Shown: piece by piece, positions 12,432 to 25,097 of the stretch
Layout: each line of letters begins with the position of its first letter
Numbering within the stretch: the stretch's first letter is position 1
NCBI GenBank assembly: GCA_052327205.1
Contig: CM126216.1
Coordinates: 87,916,001 to 87,980,000 of the forward strand
From: Somniosus microcephalus
Lineage: Eukaryota
Reading direction: 5' to 3'
DNA: 64,000 nucleotides
Made by a program: the position numbers and the translations under genes
The notes under the pieces: generated by a model
Databases searched by the model: none
What the model was told of the DNA's origin: nothing
The model's input: the letters and a program-made list of their open reading frames with translations, nothing else

Positions 12432-13731
12432 ATATTCAGAATTTTTGCTGGACAGAGATCAAAATCAATACTGCATGCTTTGTGTGCTGACACTGTTGAC
12501 ATGGCTTTTTATCCTTGAGTTCTGTCTCAGTGATTGGCAGAAATCCAAGGTCATAGAGCAAGGACTAGCAGCATGATTGAGCACATAAGCTTTGTGTTTC
12601 TTAAATTAACCTCCCTGGGGAAACTTGAACATCCTCATAATGGACACCAGAAGGAAAGAGATAAGCTTCCGTAACTCTTACCTGTATGTTTGAAAAGATC
12701 ATTTTGTGTCAGCTATGGGATAGTGTAGCTTTAAATAAAACTAGATTTTGGTGAATTTCTTAACCTGATAGGTGACTATTCAGCCACACATGATACCTAT
12801 TAAGCGCTAAGAAATAGCTTTGGGTGCTATTTGCACTTGTAGTGATAAATAATTAGGATTAAATTTGGTTTCAATTTCACAAAATATGACTAGAAGACAA
12901 TTTGTCATCCTCCTGCCTCTTTTCAGTGTGTGTATCTGAGCCTGGACAAAGGCTAATATGATGACTTAATCACAGAGTATCAAAGCTGTCATGTACCCTG
13001 CTGTGTGGGGGCAGTTACCTTCCAGCACTGCATGTAGTGTCAAAAGATGTGCTGCTGTTGGAAAGAAACCATCTTATGAGTTTTTCCACACGATCCGAAT
13101 ACTGACACAGTAGCTCAACTTACTGGCAGCACATCAGAGGAGCTTTATGTCTTTGGCTGTGTTTAAACTCATTTCAATTATACAACACCCACTCAAATAG
13201 TATGTTCTTGTGAAAGAGCACGTTAATTATAGTAAATCAGAGTAGCTCTTGCTGCTCTTGGAGGCTTTACAACTGTTGTTACAAAGCGTAATTTTGTGAG
13301 GGGTGAAGGATTAATTTTGCGAGCCAATAAGGATTTTTAAATTTCTGTTGCGTATCCCCCTCCCCTGCACGTGCACAATTCTGCAATGCAAGGATCTGCC
13401 TTATTAATAGCACTGTTTGAAGATTGTCTGCCTACCCACTGTGCAGCCTGCTGAGTGGATAGGGTCAGAGGTCATCTCAGATAGGATGCAGCTGTTTCAT
13501 AATACCAATGGCCAGCTGTGTTTCTTTGTCATTACATTCTAACTCATGTCAGACCTTAAGAGTTCTTATAACTTCGGCTACAGCTAGGAACAAATGCTGA
13601 TATTGCCATACAATTACCAATGTCTGATTTCTGTCTCCTACATTGTTTCTTCAGAGCCAGGTTAACCATACATTCAGACAGGATCAGAAATATATGGTGT
13701 GGTTATATACAATTTCACACAAAAAAGACAC

Positions 13732-14030
13732 ACACTTGCATGGCACATTATCACATCTGTTAGAAACGTCTCAATGCTTCACATACAGTGAATTACTTTG
13801 AAGTGCAGTATCTCAATGTTTCAAGTAAGTGACTGCTGACAGCAAATTCCCAGAAGTAGCAATGAACTAATATGATGTTGGTTGTAATGGCTAAAGGAAG
13901 AATGTTGGCTAGGATAAGAGAACACCCTAATATTCTTCAGATAGTACCATGCCCAAAGTAAATGGGACTTTAGCTTTATATTTCATCTGAAGGATTTCCA
14001 TTATTTAGTCAGCACTAGGATACCTCGTGT
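13732..14030 (-). mobile_element. Degraded Deu-domain SINE
   Basis: acttgcat..gtgaattactttgaagtgcagt..aatgttggctagga resembles the reverse complement of 25828-26278. Confidence 0.6.
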
Positions 14031-14464
14031 GCTACTCTAATGGCCTTTTACTGTTCCACTCTGGAACTGGTTTGCACATAAAGTACCCAGGACGATGTTT
14101 CCATAATGTTCTCTTTTTACTGCTTTTTTTCACTGGCCTATTCTTATCTCTTTAAAGGTTTCTTATCTCCACTCATCCTCTTTGAGATAGGTGGTGAAAG
14201 AATGACTTGCTCTTACATCCAAGATACTGGCATCAATCGAGCTCTGCACACAGCTACAAGATAATATGGATAAAATACCAACGTACCCCTCCCCATCCTC
14301 AGGAGGAAACTTACTGCCATCAATATTTATTACTTAGCAAACTGCTGAGAACTGACAAAACGTGCCGCATTTGTGGCTGGTTTGAGTTGCAACTTGCTGC
14401 CATTTGAAGAGTAGTGTAGGAAGGAGTTTACTTTTGTTCAAGGTTTTTACTCCCAATTTCCCTT

Positions 14465-14880
14465 TCCCCCCCCCATTTCTCTCCTGAAGCTACTGACTCT
14501 TTACAGGAGTTTGGTTCCAATGGTGCTTGCAGCACTCCAGAATAACCTTGTCCAAGTGACTAATGTTATTGTGTGAGGCAAGATACAGAAGTGTCAGCAG
14601 GAACATTTAGGAAATCACAGCCGGGCCCGATCCTATCCTTACCCAACATTCATACAAGGACACGTTCCAGCAGGGGTCACCGTACAGTGAAAATTCTGAA
14701 TTAATTTTCCCCCTCCCCTGCCCCAGGGTGCTTGAAGTAAAATGTAGCTGTCCAGTGGATATCCAAACTAGGATCAGTTAACTCAGCCCAGATTGCCAAT
14801 TAGACCAGGAATTGAACCATCTGACCACTATGGACTTAGTGCTACAATGGGTGGTGTCTTTACCTACTAGGCCATCATGC
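14465..14880 (-). mobile_element. Old tRNA-derived SINE-like repeat (family A)
   Basis: Shares ccaagtg(g/a)c, ttccagcaggggt and aattgaacc blocks with 17950-18140, 45760-46115 and 47890-48280. Confidence 0.55.
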
Positions 14881-14934
14881 CATCAGCTTATGCAGGTATT
14901 TAGAGATAAGGTTAAAAATTTATTTTTCCCTAAA

Positions 14935-15331
14935 TCTCATTGAAACTTATAAAATTCTAACAAGACTAGACAGACTGGATGCAGGAAGGATGTTCCCGAT
15001 GGCCGGGGAGTCCAGAACCAGGGGTCACAGTCTAAGGATAAGGGGTAAGCCATTTAGGACAGAAATGAGGAGGAAATTCTTCACCCAGAGAGTGGTGAAC
15101 CTGTGGAATTCTCTACCACAGAAGGCAGAGAAGGCCAATTCATTAGATATATTCAAGAAGGAGTTGGATATATTTCTTAAGGCTAAAGGGATCAAGGGAT
15201 ATGGGGAGAAGGCAGGGACAGGGTACTGAATTTGGATGATCAGCCATGATCTCATTGAATGGCGGAGCAGGCTCGAGGGGCCGAATGGCCTACTCCTGCT
15301 CCTATCTTCTATGTATCTATCTTGTATCTAT
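14935..15331 (+). mobile_element. CR1 3' fragment
   Basis: ORF 14990..15229 is nearly identical to the C-terminus of 11321..12331; same 3' UTR; tatctatg-like tail. Confidence 0.93.
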
Positions 15332-16151
15332 GTAAATAATAGGGAAAAGTATATCCATAGCATGGCAATATCATGCTTTGCTAGTATATTACAAAACTAT
15401 TGGCAGGAAGATGTCACCTTGAGGGAACTTCCACAGGTTATTTTAGTTTTCTGCCTTGCAGTTCTTCTAATCTTCAAGGCCTTTGTATTGACTCACCCTC
15501 CTTCCTCTTGCACCAACATCTACACACTATTGCAAATTGAAAATCTTTGCAGTGAACATTTGAAGGTAAAGTTTTGCAAACCATTTGTTTTCTGAAATTG
15601 AAACAATGGTTGATTGGAGCAACAACCATATCACATCACCATTTTCTTCCTGCTTAGATTTTATTGGCCTATGCCAGTAGAAGTGCTTTAGTGTTAAACA
15701 TTATTATTTTTTTCCCAGTGTCTATTTGAAATAGATGGCTTCAGCACCTATCTGTGAAATTCTGCCGCTGGTGTCAGTTGTGATGTGAGAACCTAGAGGT
15801 GGCCACTTTTCTAAGTCAAACAATCAATTCTATTTCTCTCTTACCATAAGTTGAAATTTAAGTTACCAGTGGCTGTAATTCTTAATTTGAAATGAGAGTA
15901 ATTGTATTAATGTAGCGGCTTCCATAAATCACAGGGCATTGTGTTGACATGAGGCCGCTATGCTGAGCGCATCATAATACTGGACGGTAAAATAAGGATG
16001 TTATGACAGATTGTTTTTGACACAAAATGATTTTAAGAAAGCATTTTAATGCAGTAATAACACCATTTCAGAACATCCTGCTGTTTTAATTTCACTCCCT
16101 TTGTCATGGTTAAAGATGTTAAATGGTCCATCTTCTAAAAAAATTATTTTC

Positions 16152-17240
16152 AGATGTGGGTGCTGCTGGTATGGCCGTATTTATTGTTCATCCCCAGTTG
16201 CCCTGAGAAGGTGATAGTGCACCTCCTCTTTGAATTGCTGCAGTGCTTGTGGTGATGGTTCCCCAATGATGGTTTTCGGTAGGGAATGTCAGGATATTTA
16301 ATCAGTTGAAGAAATAGCGATATACGTCTAAGTCGGATGGAGTGTGATTTGAAAGGGAACTTGGAGGTGATGAAAGTTTCACGATATTGCCACTCTTACC
16401 CTACTTGGTAGTCGAGGTCACAGGGGAGGGAGGTTCTGTTGATGTAATGTAGATTGTACATACTGCAGCCACAGTGTGCTAGTTGATGGAGGGAGTGGAT
16501 ATTGAGTTCAGTGGCAGGGGCACCGATCAAACAAACTGCACCGTCCTGGACGGTGTTTAACAACTTGAGTGTATTGTGGCTGCACCCGTTCAGGTGAATG
16601 GTGCGTATTCCATCACACTCCTAATGTGAACCTTGTAGATGGCGAAGAGTCTTTGAGGAGTAGGATGTGAGCCACTCATCGAAGAGTACCTAGTCTTTGC
16701 CTTACTATTATATCCATGGTGTTGATATGGCTAGTCAATGGTGACTGGAATATATTGATGGTTGTGGACTTGGCAATGGTGGTGCTGCTGAAGATCAGTG
16801 GAAGACAGCTTGGCTGTCTCTTGTTTGAGATGATTATTCACTGACACTTATGTGGCGTGAAGGTTAATTGTCACTTGTCAGCCCAGGCCTGGATGTTATC
16901 CACGTCCTGCTGTAGGCTGGCATGGGCTGCTACATTATTGGAGGAGTTATGAATGGAGCTGAACACTGGAATCATCAGCAAAGAGTCCCACGCCTGACTT
17001 TATGATGGCAGGAAGGTCACTGAAGGGCAGGTGAAGATGGTTGGGCCAAGGAAGCTTTCCCGAGGAACCCCTGCACTGATGTATTGGGGCTGTGATGACC
17101 GGTCTCCCAACAATGACAGCCATCTTCCTTTGTGTCAGTTCTGGCTCCAATCACTGATCCATTGACCAGCTTTGCTAGGGCTCTTTAGTATCATACCTGG
17201 TTGAATGCTGCCTTGATGTGGAGGGCAGCTACTCTCACCT
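16152..17240 (-). mobile_element. Degraded LINE (CR1/L2-group) 3' part, distinct family
   Basis: ORF 16947..17150 contains SDLPAIIKSGVGLFADD (RT motif); 3' UTR with an aataaat signal at ~16178-16184 on the minus strand. Confidence 0.75.
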
Positions 17241-17539
17241 CTTTAACCTATTATGATGATTGTATTTAAGGATGATAACAATAATGAACATTGGGGATAT
17301 ATAGGTCCAACACATAGTTGGATCCTTTTGTAAGCATCTTATTTTAAGCTAATTTCTGTCAGTGCCAGACAGATATAAATTTCTACCAAATCCCCGTTTT
17401 GCTCCTGATACTCTCAGTGATGGTACCGCTATATGCAGGCTAGTTATGCCCAGCTGCTCTGTTCATTTTGACATTTTACATAGAACAGGGTTCCATTTAT
17501 TTTCTTCTCGCCTCAAAGTCATCTCTCATGTAAAGGTTC

Positions 17540-17946
17540 AACTCTCACTTCTGAGTCAGATGGCCGTGGGTTTAAATCCCACTCCCGGAGTTGAACACAT
17601 AACTGAGGCTGCCACTTCAGTGCAGTACTGAGGGAGTGCTGCATTGCTGGGGGTGTTTTCCTTTGAGATTAAACTGAGGCTCTATCTGCCTGTTCAGGTG
17701 GAATAAAAGAAAGCCCTGACACAATTGGACGAAGAGGAGAACGTTCTCCTGGTGTGCCGGCCAACATTCCTCTCTCAAGCAGCACCATCAAAAACAGAAT
17801 ATTCAGCGATTTGTCACATTTGCTGTTTGTGCATCCTTGCTGTGAACAAATGGATGATGACACTTCAAAAGTAATTTGTTGGCTGTGACGTGCTTTTGGA
17901 TGTCCTGAGGACATGAAAGATGCAATATAAATGCAAGTTCTTTCTT
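17540..17946 (+). mobile_element. Deu-domain SINE (SacSINE1/AmnSINE1-like)
   Basis: tRNA-like head remnant, cagtgcagtactgagggagtgctgca, Deu core, L2-type tail atataaatgcaagttctt. Confidence 0.8.
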
Positions 17947-17949
17947 TCC

Positions 17950-18140
17950 ATGGACATTGACAACCCTCTGATACCTCGCCCAAGTGGGCCTCTTTCATGA
18001 GTGAACTTAGGTAGTGAGTGTTGATGGGTTATTTGACTTTGGGGACCATCAAAGTTGAAGCCTATCCAATCTTCACCCTATAGCCCAACATTCGTCTTCC
18101 AGTAGGGGTTATTGCTACTGCTGCCTCAGCTGATGTAAGC
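17950..18140 (-). mobile_element. SINE-like family A fragment
   Basis: tacctcgcccaagtgg..ttccagtaggggt, as in 47890-48280. Confidence 0.5.
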
Positions 18141-19254
18141 AGGTTTCATTCCTTTTGAGATGTATTCCAGAAGAATCTCAAGTTATAGAACCTAAAATAA
18201 CCTAATAATATTCTCCAAGAGAATATTAATAACCTGACTTCTGCTGCCAATAAAGAAGCTAATTGTTACCAGTTTACATTTTTGTAATTATTTCATCCAG
18301 GTCATTTTCCCTTCCTAAATAATTAAGTTTTTATTGCAGTAATCACTGTTTTGTTGATCTAAATATTTCAAATTGATTTTTCATTGGAGCACGAACAAGC
18401 TGTGCCACTGAGTGTTTGAACACCGGTTCATACGAACATGTCAGTTCCCAACCTTGGCCGTGCCCAGAGGAGAATGACAAGGATACAGAGGGAAAACCGG
18501 GATAATTGGAAGACAAGTCGCCCCATGTTGTTCTTCTGCATCTTAAAGTGATCCATTCAAGAGTGCAGAGCAGGTCATGTGCCACGTTTCGGCTGCATGC
18601 AGTCTTCAAATAGACTGAGAAAAATGCCTCAAAATATCTGAATTTTTTAAGTATGAAAATGATGCAGTGTTGGTAAGTATACAGCATATGATTACCTCAA
18701 GTGTATATTTTTGGTTAAAATAGCAACTTCAAATACCCTTATTTTTATTCAGGATAAGTTATTAGGAAATCCTATTTGTCCCAGAAAAAAAATTGACAGT
18801 ATTAGATTTTTTTTTAATATACTTCACCGCTAACAACTGCTCCACAGACTCAAACCAATTCCAAGTTCTATGCTGTACGGTCTCCTGATGTACACACACA
18901 AATCTGTGTTTCCAATTTAATAAGAGTCAGGTAGCCTGCTGTGGGGTTTTCAGTAATACAGTTTAATTTTACCACTGATAATTGACGTCCAGAGATTGCA
19001 TAGCCTTGCTCCCCAATGGTTTGCTTCTCAGGTTTCCTGTTCTTTCAGGAATTTTAATCTTTTGTGTAGCAGCAGCTGACAAATATTGATGTTAAAGTGC
19101 AGCTACTAAAGTGTGGTTTCTGTTTTTACAACTGTAGGTGAGAAGACCACCAGAAGAGCAGTACACACTTTTATACCTGTGTTTTGTAAGGAAACCAAGT
19201 ATTCATTATAGTGCCCAGTCTGAAATAAATTAAATGCCGGAAACTTTTGTTCCC

Positions 19255-20030
19255 TGGACTTGGGTATAGGGAGTACAATTTTGAAGTTTGCAGATGATAC
19301 AAAACTTGGCAATGTAGTAAATAATGAGGAGGATAGTAATAGATGTCAGACTGGTGAAATGGGCAGACACATGGCAGATGGAATTTAATGCGGACAAGTG
19401 TGAAGTGATACACTTTGGGAGGAACAACATGGAGAGGCAGTATAATCTAAATGGTGCTATTTTGTGGGGGGTGCAAGAGCAGAGGGACCTGGGGGTGCAT
19501 ATTCACAAATTTTTGAAGGTGACAGGGCAAGTTGATAAGGCGGTTAAGAAAGCATATGGGATACTTGGCTTTGTAAATAGGGGCATTGAATACAAGAACA
19601 AGGAAGTCAGGCCTCAGCTGGCACATTGTGTACAATCCTGTGACCACGCTTTAGGAAGGATGTCAAGGCCTTGGAGAGGGTACAGAGGAGGTTTTCAAGG
19701 ATGATACCAGGGATGAAGGACTTCAGTTATATGGAGAGATTGGAGAAGCTGGGATTGTTCACTTAGAGCAGAAAAGGTTAAGGGGGGACCTAATAGCGTA
19801 ATTCAATTTTTTTCACACAGTGAGTTGTTAAGATCTGGAACGCACTGCTGGTAAGGGTGGTGGAATCAGATTCCATAGGAACTTTCAAAAAGCAATTGGA
19901 CATATTCTTGAAGAGGACTAATTTGCAGGTTGTGGGGAAAAACCTGGGTGTGGGACTAAATTGGACAGCACTTTCAAAAAGCTGGCACAGGCCGAATGGC
20001 CTCCTTCTGTGCTGTAAGATTCGATGATTC
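19255..20030 (+). mobile_element. Degraded, internally deleted CR1 3' fragment
   Basis: KFADDTKL codons at ~19284; ORF 19324..19704 (WQMEFNADKCEV); tail gattcgatgattc. Confidence 0.88.
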
Positions 20031-20091
20031 TAAGTGCTCCGTTTATTTGGGGCAGAAACAGCTGTGCTTACTCACAAGTGCCCATCTCATT

Positions 20092-20302
20092 AAGGTTTCT
20101 CTTTCATTAATTCCACCTCCGTATCCAGTAATTTCTTCGAGTTGGGCATACTTTGGTGCGTTGCACATGTTGCATTCTGAGCTTCTTGCCCAAGCCACAT
20201 TCCCAAATGTTTTATGCTGCCAGTCATTGGCACTGAAAAGGCCATGGTTTTTTTCTGCAAGAGTATTTCCAATTTCTGTTCCTCCAGCCTTCATTAACCT
20301 AG
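20092..20302 (-). pseudogene. ZRANB2: Processed ZRANB2 (ZNF265) fragment, second RanBP2 zinc finger region
   Basis: ARLMKAGGTEIGNTLAEKNHGLFSANDWQHKTFGNVAWARSSECNMCNAPKYAQLEEITGYGGGINERE matches vertebrate ZRANB2 (AKMMKAGGTEIGKTLAEKSRGLFSANDWQCKTCSNVNWARRSECNMCNTPKYAKLEERTGYGGGFNERE, from recall). Two of four Cys are lost and there are no introns. Confidence 0.92.
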
Positions 20303-20458
20303 CTGCGATGTGGAAAGAATTGTATTGTATAAATGGAGACCCCTGATGTAAAATATTGGCCAGTAAAATACCTGAAGAATGTTTATTTTCTCTCTCTCTC
20401 TCTGTAACGAGCTGCCTGCTGCTCTCCGATTTCAACCTCTTCAATGGAAGCGGATTAG

Positions 20459-20566
20459 ATGTCATTGAAAAGCTTATCCGTCTACGACGGTGACTGGATA
20501 TGTCTGGATAAAAAAGTGTAGATGTCAACTTTGCAGGAAGAACAAACATTTGTTCACATTTCGGGG
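20459..20566 (+). pseudogene. ZRANB2: ZRANB2 N-terminal fragment on the opposite strand
   Basis: ATG at 20459 reads MSLKSLSVYDGDWICLDKK, then frameshifted ..VNFAGRT; compare ZRANB2 MSTKNFRVSDGDWICPDKKCGNVNFARRT. Confidence 0.85.
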
Positions 20567-21175
20567 AGCTGCTGGCGGCTCATTACAGAGGGAGAGAGAA
20601 ATTAAACCTTCTTCTGGCATTATACCGGCCATCGCGTATAGCGGGCAAATCACGTTCATCCACTGCTATACATGGTTGGGACTGTACTTAAAACAAGCAT
20701 TAACCTTCAGGTGGATAACATAGCAGCATATGATGAACAGGAAATCATGAAGCCTATGGAGCTATCAGGGACCTTGACAGAAGTAGCTCTTTTGTAGATT
20801 CCGACAGAGTTGATTTTCATAGCGGGGTGGGGATTTCTTTAACATTTGAGCTCAGCATGCGCTTTCGAGCATAGGACAGGTTGAAGTACAAGTTGCCAAA
20901 GTTCTGAAAGATATTACAGTTCTGATTGGAACAAATTGTATTTTGTTTTGTTTAAAATTTCTTTATGTTTCTTGAAAATCTCTGCCTTCACGCTTTATTT
21001 CTTCACATAGCAGGATAGGACAGTTTGGGTATGATACCTCACCATGAGCATAGCTTAACTTCTGGGTGATAGGTATATGGTTAGTGAGTTAGGATAGGTC
21101 TCCTTAAAAACGTTGCCTTTTCTTGAGTATGTCACCATTAACATTTTCTATATTACAACAGCGACTTTACACTTT

Positions 21176-22099
21176 AGAAGTTTGCAGATGATACTAAAAT
21201 CGGCTGTGTGGTTGATACTGAAGAAGGAAGTTGTAGACTGTGGGAAGATATCAATAAATTGGTCAGGTGGGCAGAACAGTGGCAAATGGAATTCAATCCG
21301 GAGAAGTGTGAGGTAATGCATTTGGGGAGGGCTACAAGGAAAGGGAATACACATTAAATGGTAGGACACTGAGTAGTGTAGAGGAACAAAGGGGCCTTGG
21401 AGTGCATGTCCACAGATCCCTGAAGGTAGCAGGCCGAGTAGATAAGGTGGTTAAGAAGGCATACGGAATGCTTGCCTTTATTAGCCATGGCATAGAATAC
21501 AAGAGCGGGGGGTTATGCTTCAACTGTATAAAACACTAGTTAGGCCTCAGCTAGAGTACTGCATGCAGTTCTGGTCACCACATTACAGGAAAGATATGAT
21601 TGCACTAGAGAGGGTACAGAAGAGATTTACAAGGATGTTGCCGGGAGTAGAGAATCTTAGCTATGAGGAAAGACTGGATAGGCTGGGTCTGTTTTCCTTG
21701 GAACAGAGGAGGCTAAGGGGAGACCTTATTGAGGTGTATAGAATTATGAGGGGCCTGGATAAAGTGGATAGAAATGACCTATTTCCCTTAGCAGAGGGGT
21801 CAAAAACAAGGGGGCACAGATTTAAAGTAATTGGGGGAAGGTTTAGAGGGGATTTGAGGGGAAACTTCTTCACCCAGAGGGTTGTGGGGATCTGGAACTC
21901 ACTGCCTGAAAGGGTGGTAGAGGCAGGAACCCTAACCACATTAAAAAAGTACTTGGATGTGCACTTGGGATGCTCTAACCTGCAGGGCTACGGACCAAGA
22001 GCTGGGAAGTGGGATTAGGCTGGATGGCTCTTTGTTGGCCGGCGCGGACACAATGGGCCGAAATGGCCTCCTTCCGTGCTGTAACTTTCTATGATTCTA
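21176..22099 (+). mobile_element. CR1-clade LINE 3' fragment (second subfamily) inserted in a DeuSINE tail
   Basis: ORF 21515..22018 (RPQLEY..GDLIEVY..NFFTQRVV); DeuSINE tail pieces on both sides (21152-21175, 22100-22175). Confidence 0.92.
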
Positions 22100-23583
22100 A
22101 GTACTTCATTGGCTGTAAAGCGCTTTGGGATGTCCTGAGGTTGTGAAAGGGGCTATATAACTGTAAGTCTTTCTTTAAAATGCCTGCATCTGGTGGTCTG
22201 GATGACTACTAGAAACATTTGTTTATAGATGAAAGCTGGGTTTGGATAGATGTCAGCTGAGGCTGCGATTTCAAATTCGAACTCTTTGAATGAGAGGACT
22301 CTGCTGCTGGAACTACCTGCCATTTGTTTATTTTGAATGTCCATACTTTGCAGCACAAAAAGTTTCTTGTTTAAGGCTTGTTTATGTGCAGCTTGAAGGG
22401 TCCTGGAGGTTCTTAATAGTTCCTACACTGTATGAAAATGATAAAAAAGTTACAGCCTCAAATAGAACTGCTATCTACACCTGGAAGTTACTACGTAAGT
22501 TTAGGGAATGGTCTGTCTTTTAAAAAAATTGTAATTTGGATCTGTTCTCTTTTTTTATTTTATTTCTCATCAATTCTGATCACGCTTTGTAATGAGAAGG
22601 TAAACAGGTAACTCCTTCTCGGCCTTTCCCAATGAATAGGAAACCTGTGAAAGTATAACGGTTTAATATGCCATCTGATTGTCCCACTTTACTCATGGGG
22701 CATTGTCTCCCCATGAGAGGCCAACAGAGAAAGGGGACCCATTTTATGTGGGAAATCACATTCCCAAACCTCTGGCCTATGCTCAGTGGTGTAGCCCATG
22801 GATATGGCACAGGGCTAGTGTAGAATTTGCTGTGTACGTACAGTGCTTGTTATATGCAAAATATAGTTTTTAAATCACATAGATAATTCATATTTTATTT
22901 TAAAATCAGGAATTGTGCAGATTGGGGTCTATGGGTCTCCAGGTTCAATGGAATTGGAACACTTGCAGTGAATTAGATTTACTCTGCAGATAAACCTCTT
23001 CCTGTTCAGACTGTGTCAGGCGTTACATTACCAGCCCAACAGAGGCACTATCTCTTTTGTTTGATTTATAAAGTATAAAAGAGCTGAAGTTTCTCAGGGA
23101 TCTAAACTGTACATATGTATCTCCGAACATTTTCTGAAATTCAAATATTGTGTTTGTAAGATGTGAGGTAAAGTTGGATGGTGACTAGGAACATGAAACT
23201 TACTGTAAATTTTATACTGCTGTCAACTTGGAATAAAATATTCTGATAGGGCACACAAACAAAAATATAAAGTGGGAATACAAAAAAAATGTTTTTTACA
23301 AGAACTGTTTGACGATCTATATTTCACCAAACATGATGATTTCATAGTGTAATAACAATATTGGAATAGTGATCCCCATCAACGTGGTAACTCAATGCAG
23401 ATAATCACTTACGTGTTCAGGTCTAGAATCTGTTTACACTTTAAAATGGTTTTTCCATGTGATAAACAAACAAAATGCTGTTGCATTCATGGTACATTAT
23501 TGAGGTTCTTTCACATGTTTGAAAGATTGTCAAATCCAGTTATGAACCTTTGACACAACTGATAGAACTCCCGCAATATAATA

Positions 23584-23945
23584 GGGTAGCACGGTGGCAT
23601 AGTGGTTAGCACTATTGCCTCACAGCGCCAGGGACCTGGGTTTGAATCCGGCCTCGGGTGACTGTCTGTGTGGAGTTTGCACATTCTCCCCGTGTTTGCG
23701 TGGGTTTCCTCCGGGTGCTCCGGTTTCCTCCCACAGTCCAAAGATGTGCGGGTTAGGATGATTGGCTATGATAAATTGACCCTTAGTGTTAGGGGGATTA
23801 AATACGTGGGGTTATGGGGATAGGGTGGGATATGTGTTGATGTAGGGGTTCTGGGGAGCGGGTGGGATATGTGTCGGTGCAGGCTCGATGGGCCGAAATG
23901 GCCTCTATCTGCACTGTGGGGTTTCTGTGATTCTGTGATTCTGTG
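23584..23945 (+). mobile_element. HE1-like V-SINE
   Basis: A box tggcatagtgg, B box ggtttgaatcc, V-domain gtgtggagtttgcacattctccccgtg..gggtttcctccgggtgctccggtttcctcccacagtccaaag, CR1-derived 3' end, (ttctgtga)n tail. Confidence 0.92.
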
Positions 23946-24033
23946 AATATGGTTTATAATACATAAAGGAAAATATCAGGGTCTCCAAATTTCTCTCTCA
24001 CAAAAGTAGCTCTATCTTTAAGTATATTAAAGT

Positions 24034-25097
24034 AGATTATTTGTAACATTTCTTTAAACTAACAGCTATTTGAAAAAAATCCTTGATGAGGTTGTGTATT
24101 TTACTAATTTTTTTGTGATATTCAGCATTACGCCACTGATTTTGTAACTCCTTAGTTCAGTGATAGGCTTCTTGCCTCGGAGTCAGAAGTTGTGGCTACA
24201 AATATAAAACTACTTAAATCTGTGCTCCCAGACATGGAAAGATTTTCTGTTTTGAGAAAATTATTTTCCGTACAATTGCAAAACTGTATTTCTCCTCTTT
24301 GGGGTGCCTTTGTTTCTGCACTTTGCTTTTGCTTTTTTGGAGGATTGTTTGGTTCACATCACAAATATCTGTGTGGTTGACATCAGCCTCCACTGCCACT
24401 CCATGATAACAAAGGCTTGCTTGTAGTAGAGGCATACAGTTTGTGTCAGATCTGTTCCCATCCCAAGATGGAGCACTGCATTGTCCTAAATACAAGTGGC
24501 CTGACTGAAAAAGGATTAAACTCATTCCTGCTGTGCCGAAAGATTTGTATGATAAAGAAAGAAAGAACTTGCATTTCTATAGCGCCTTTCACGACCATAG
24601 GACGTCCCAAGGCGCTCTACAGCCAAGGAATTACTTTTGAAGTGTAGTCACTGTCATAATCTAGGAATTCCGGCAGCCAATTTGCGCACAGGAAGGTCCC
24701 ACAAACAGCAATGTGATAATGACCAGAGATTTTTTTTGTAATGTTGGTTGACACTGGGGGAACTCCCCTGTTCTTTGAATGGTGCCATGGGATATTTTTC
24801 GTCCACCTGCGAGGGCAGGCAGGGCCTCGGTTTAACATCTCATTCATAATCTCCCGACAGCGCAGTACTCCCTCAACAATGAACTGGAGTGTTAATCCAG
24901 ATTATGAGTGCAAGTCTCTGGAGTTGGACTTGAATCCACAACTTCTGACTCCGAGGCAAGAAGCCTATCACTGAACTAAGGAGTTACAAAATCAGTGGCG
25001 TAATGCTGAATATCACAAAAAAATTAGTAAAATACACAACCTCATCAAGGATTTTTTTCAAATAGCTGTTAGTTTAAAGAAATGTTACAAATAATCT
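24034..25097. repeat. Perfect 162-bp inverted repeat (24034-24195 / 24936-25097) with 740-bp spacer
   Basis: Base-by-base reverse complement on manual comparison. Confidence 0.92.
24555..24980 (-). mobile_element. Deu-domain SINE
   Basis: gaacttgcatttctatagcgcctttcacgacc.. is the reverse complement of the DeuSINE tail; head at ~24930-24980. Confidence 0.85.

Noticed and set aside
14465-14880. LF-SINE identity for SINE family A
   Set aside because: It does not match the LF-SINE consensus as I recall it; left unnamed.
18343-18687. 114-aa minus-strand ORF with an acceptor-like site
   Set aside because: No recognisable domain; consistent with a chance ORF.
20043-20549. 168-aa ORF as a functional ZRANB2 paralogue
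   Set aside because: Its N-terminal part is antisense ZRANB2 plus spacer, two zinc-ligand Cys are lost, and the RS domain is absent.
23584-23660. tRNA gene
   Set aside because: The A/B boxes are the head of a V-SINE; I could not fold a complete cloverleaf.
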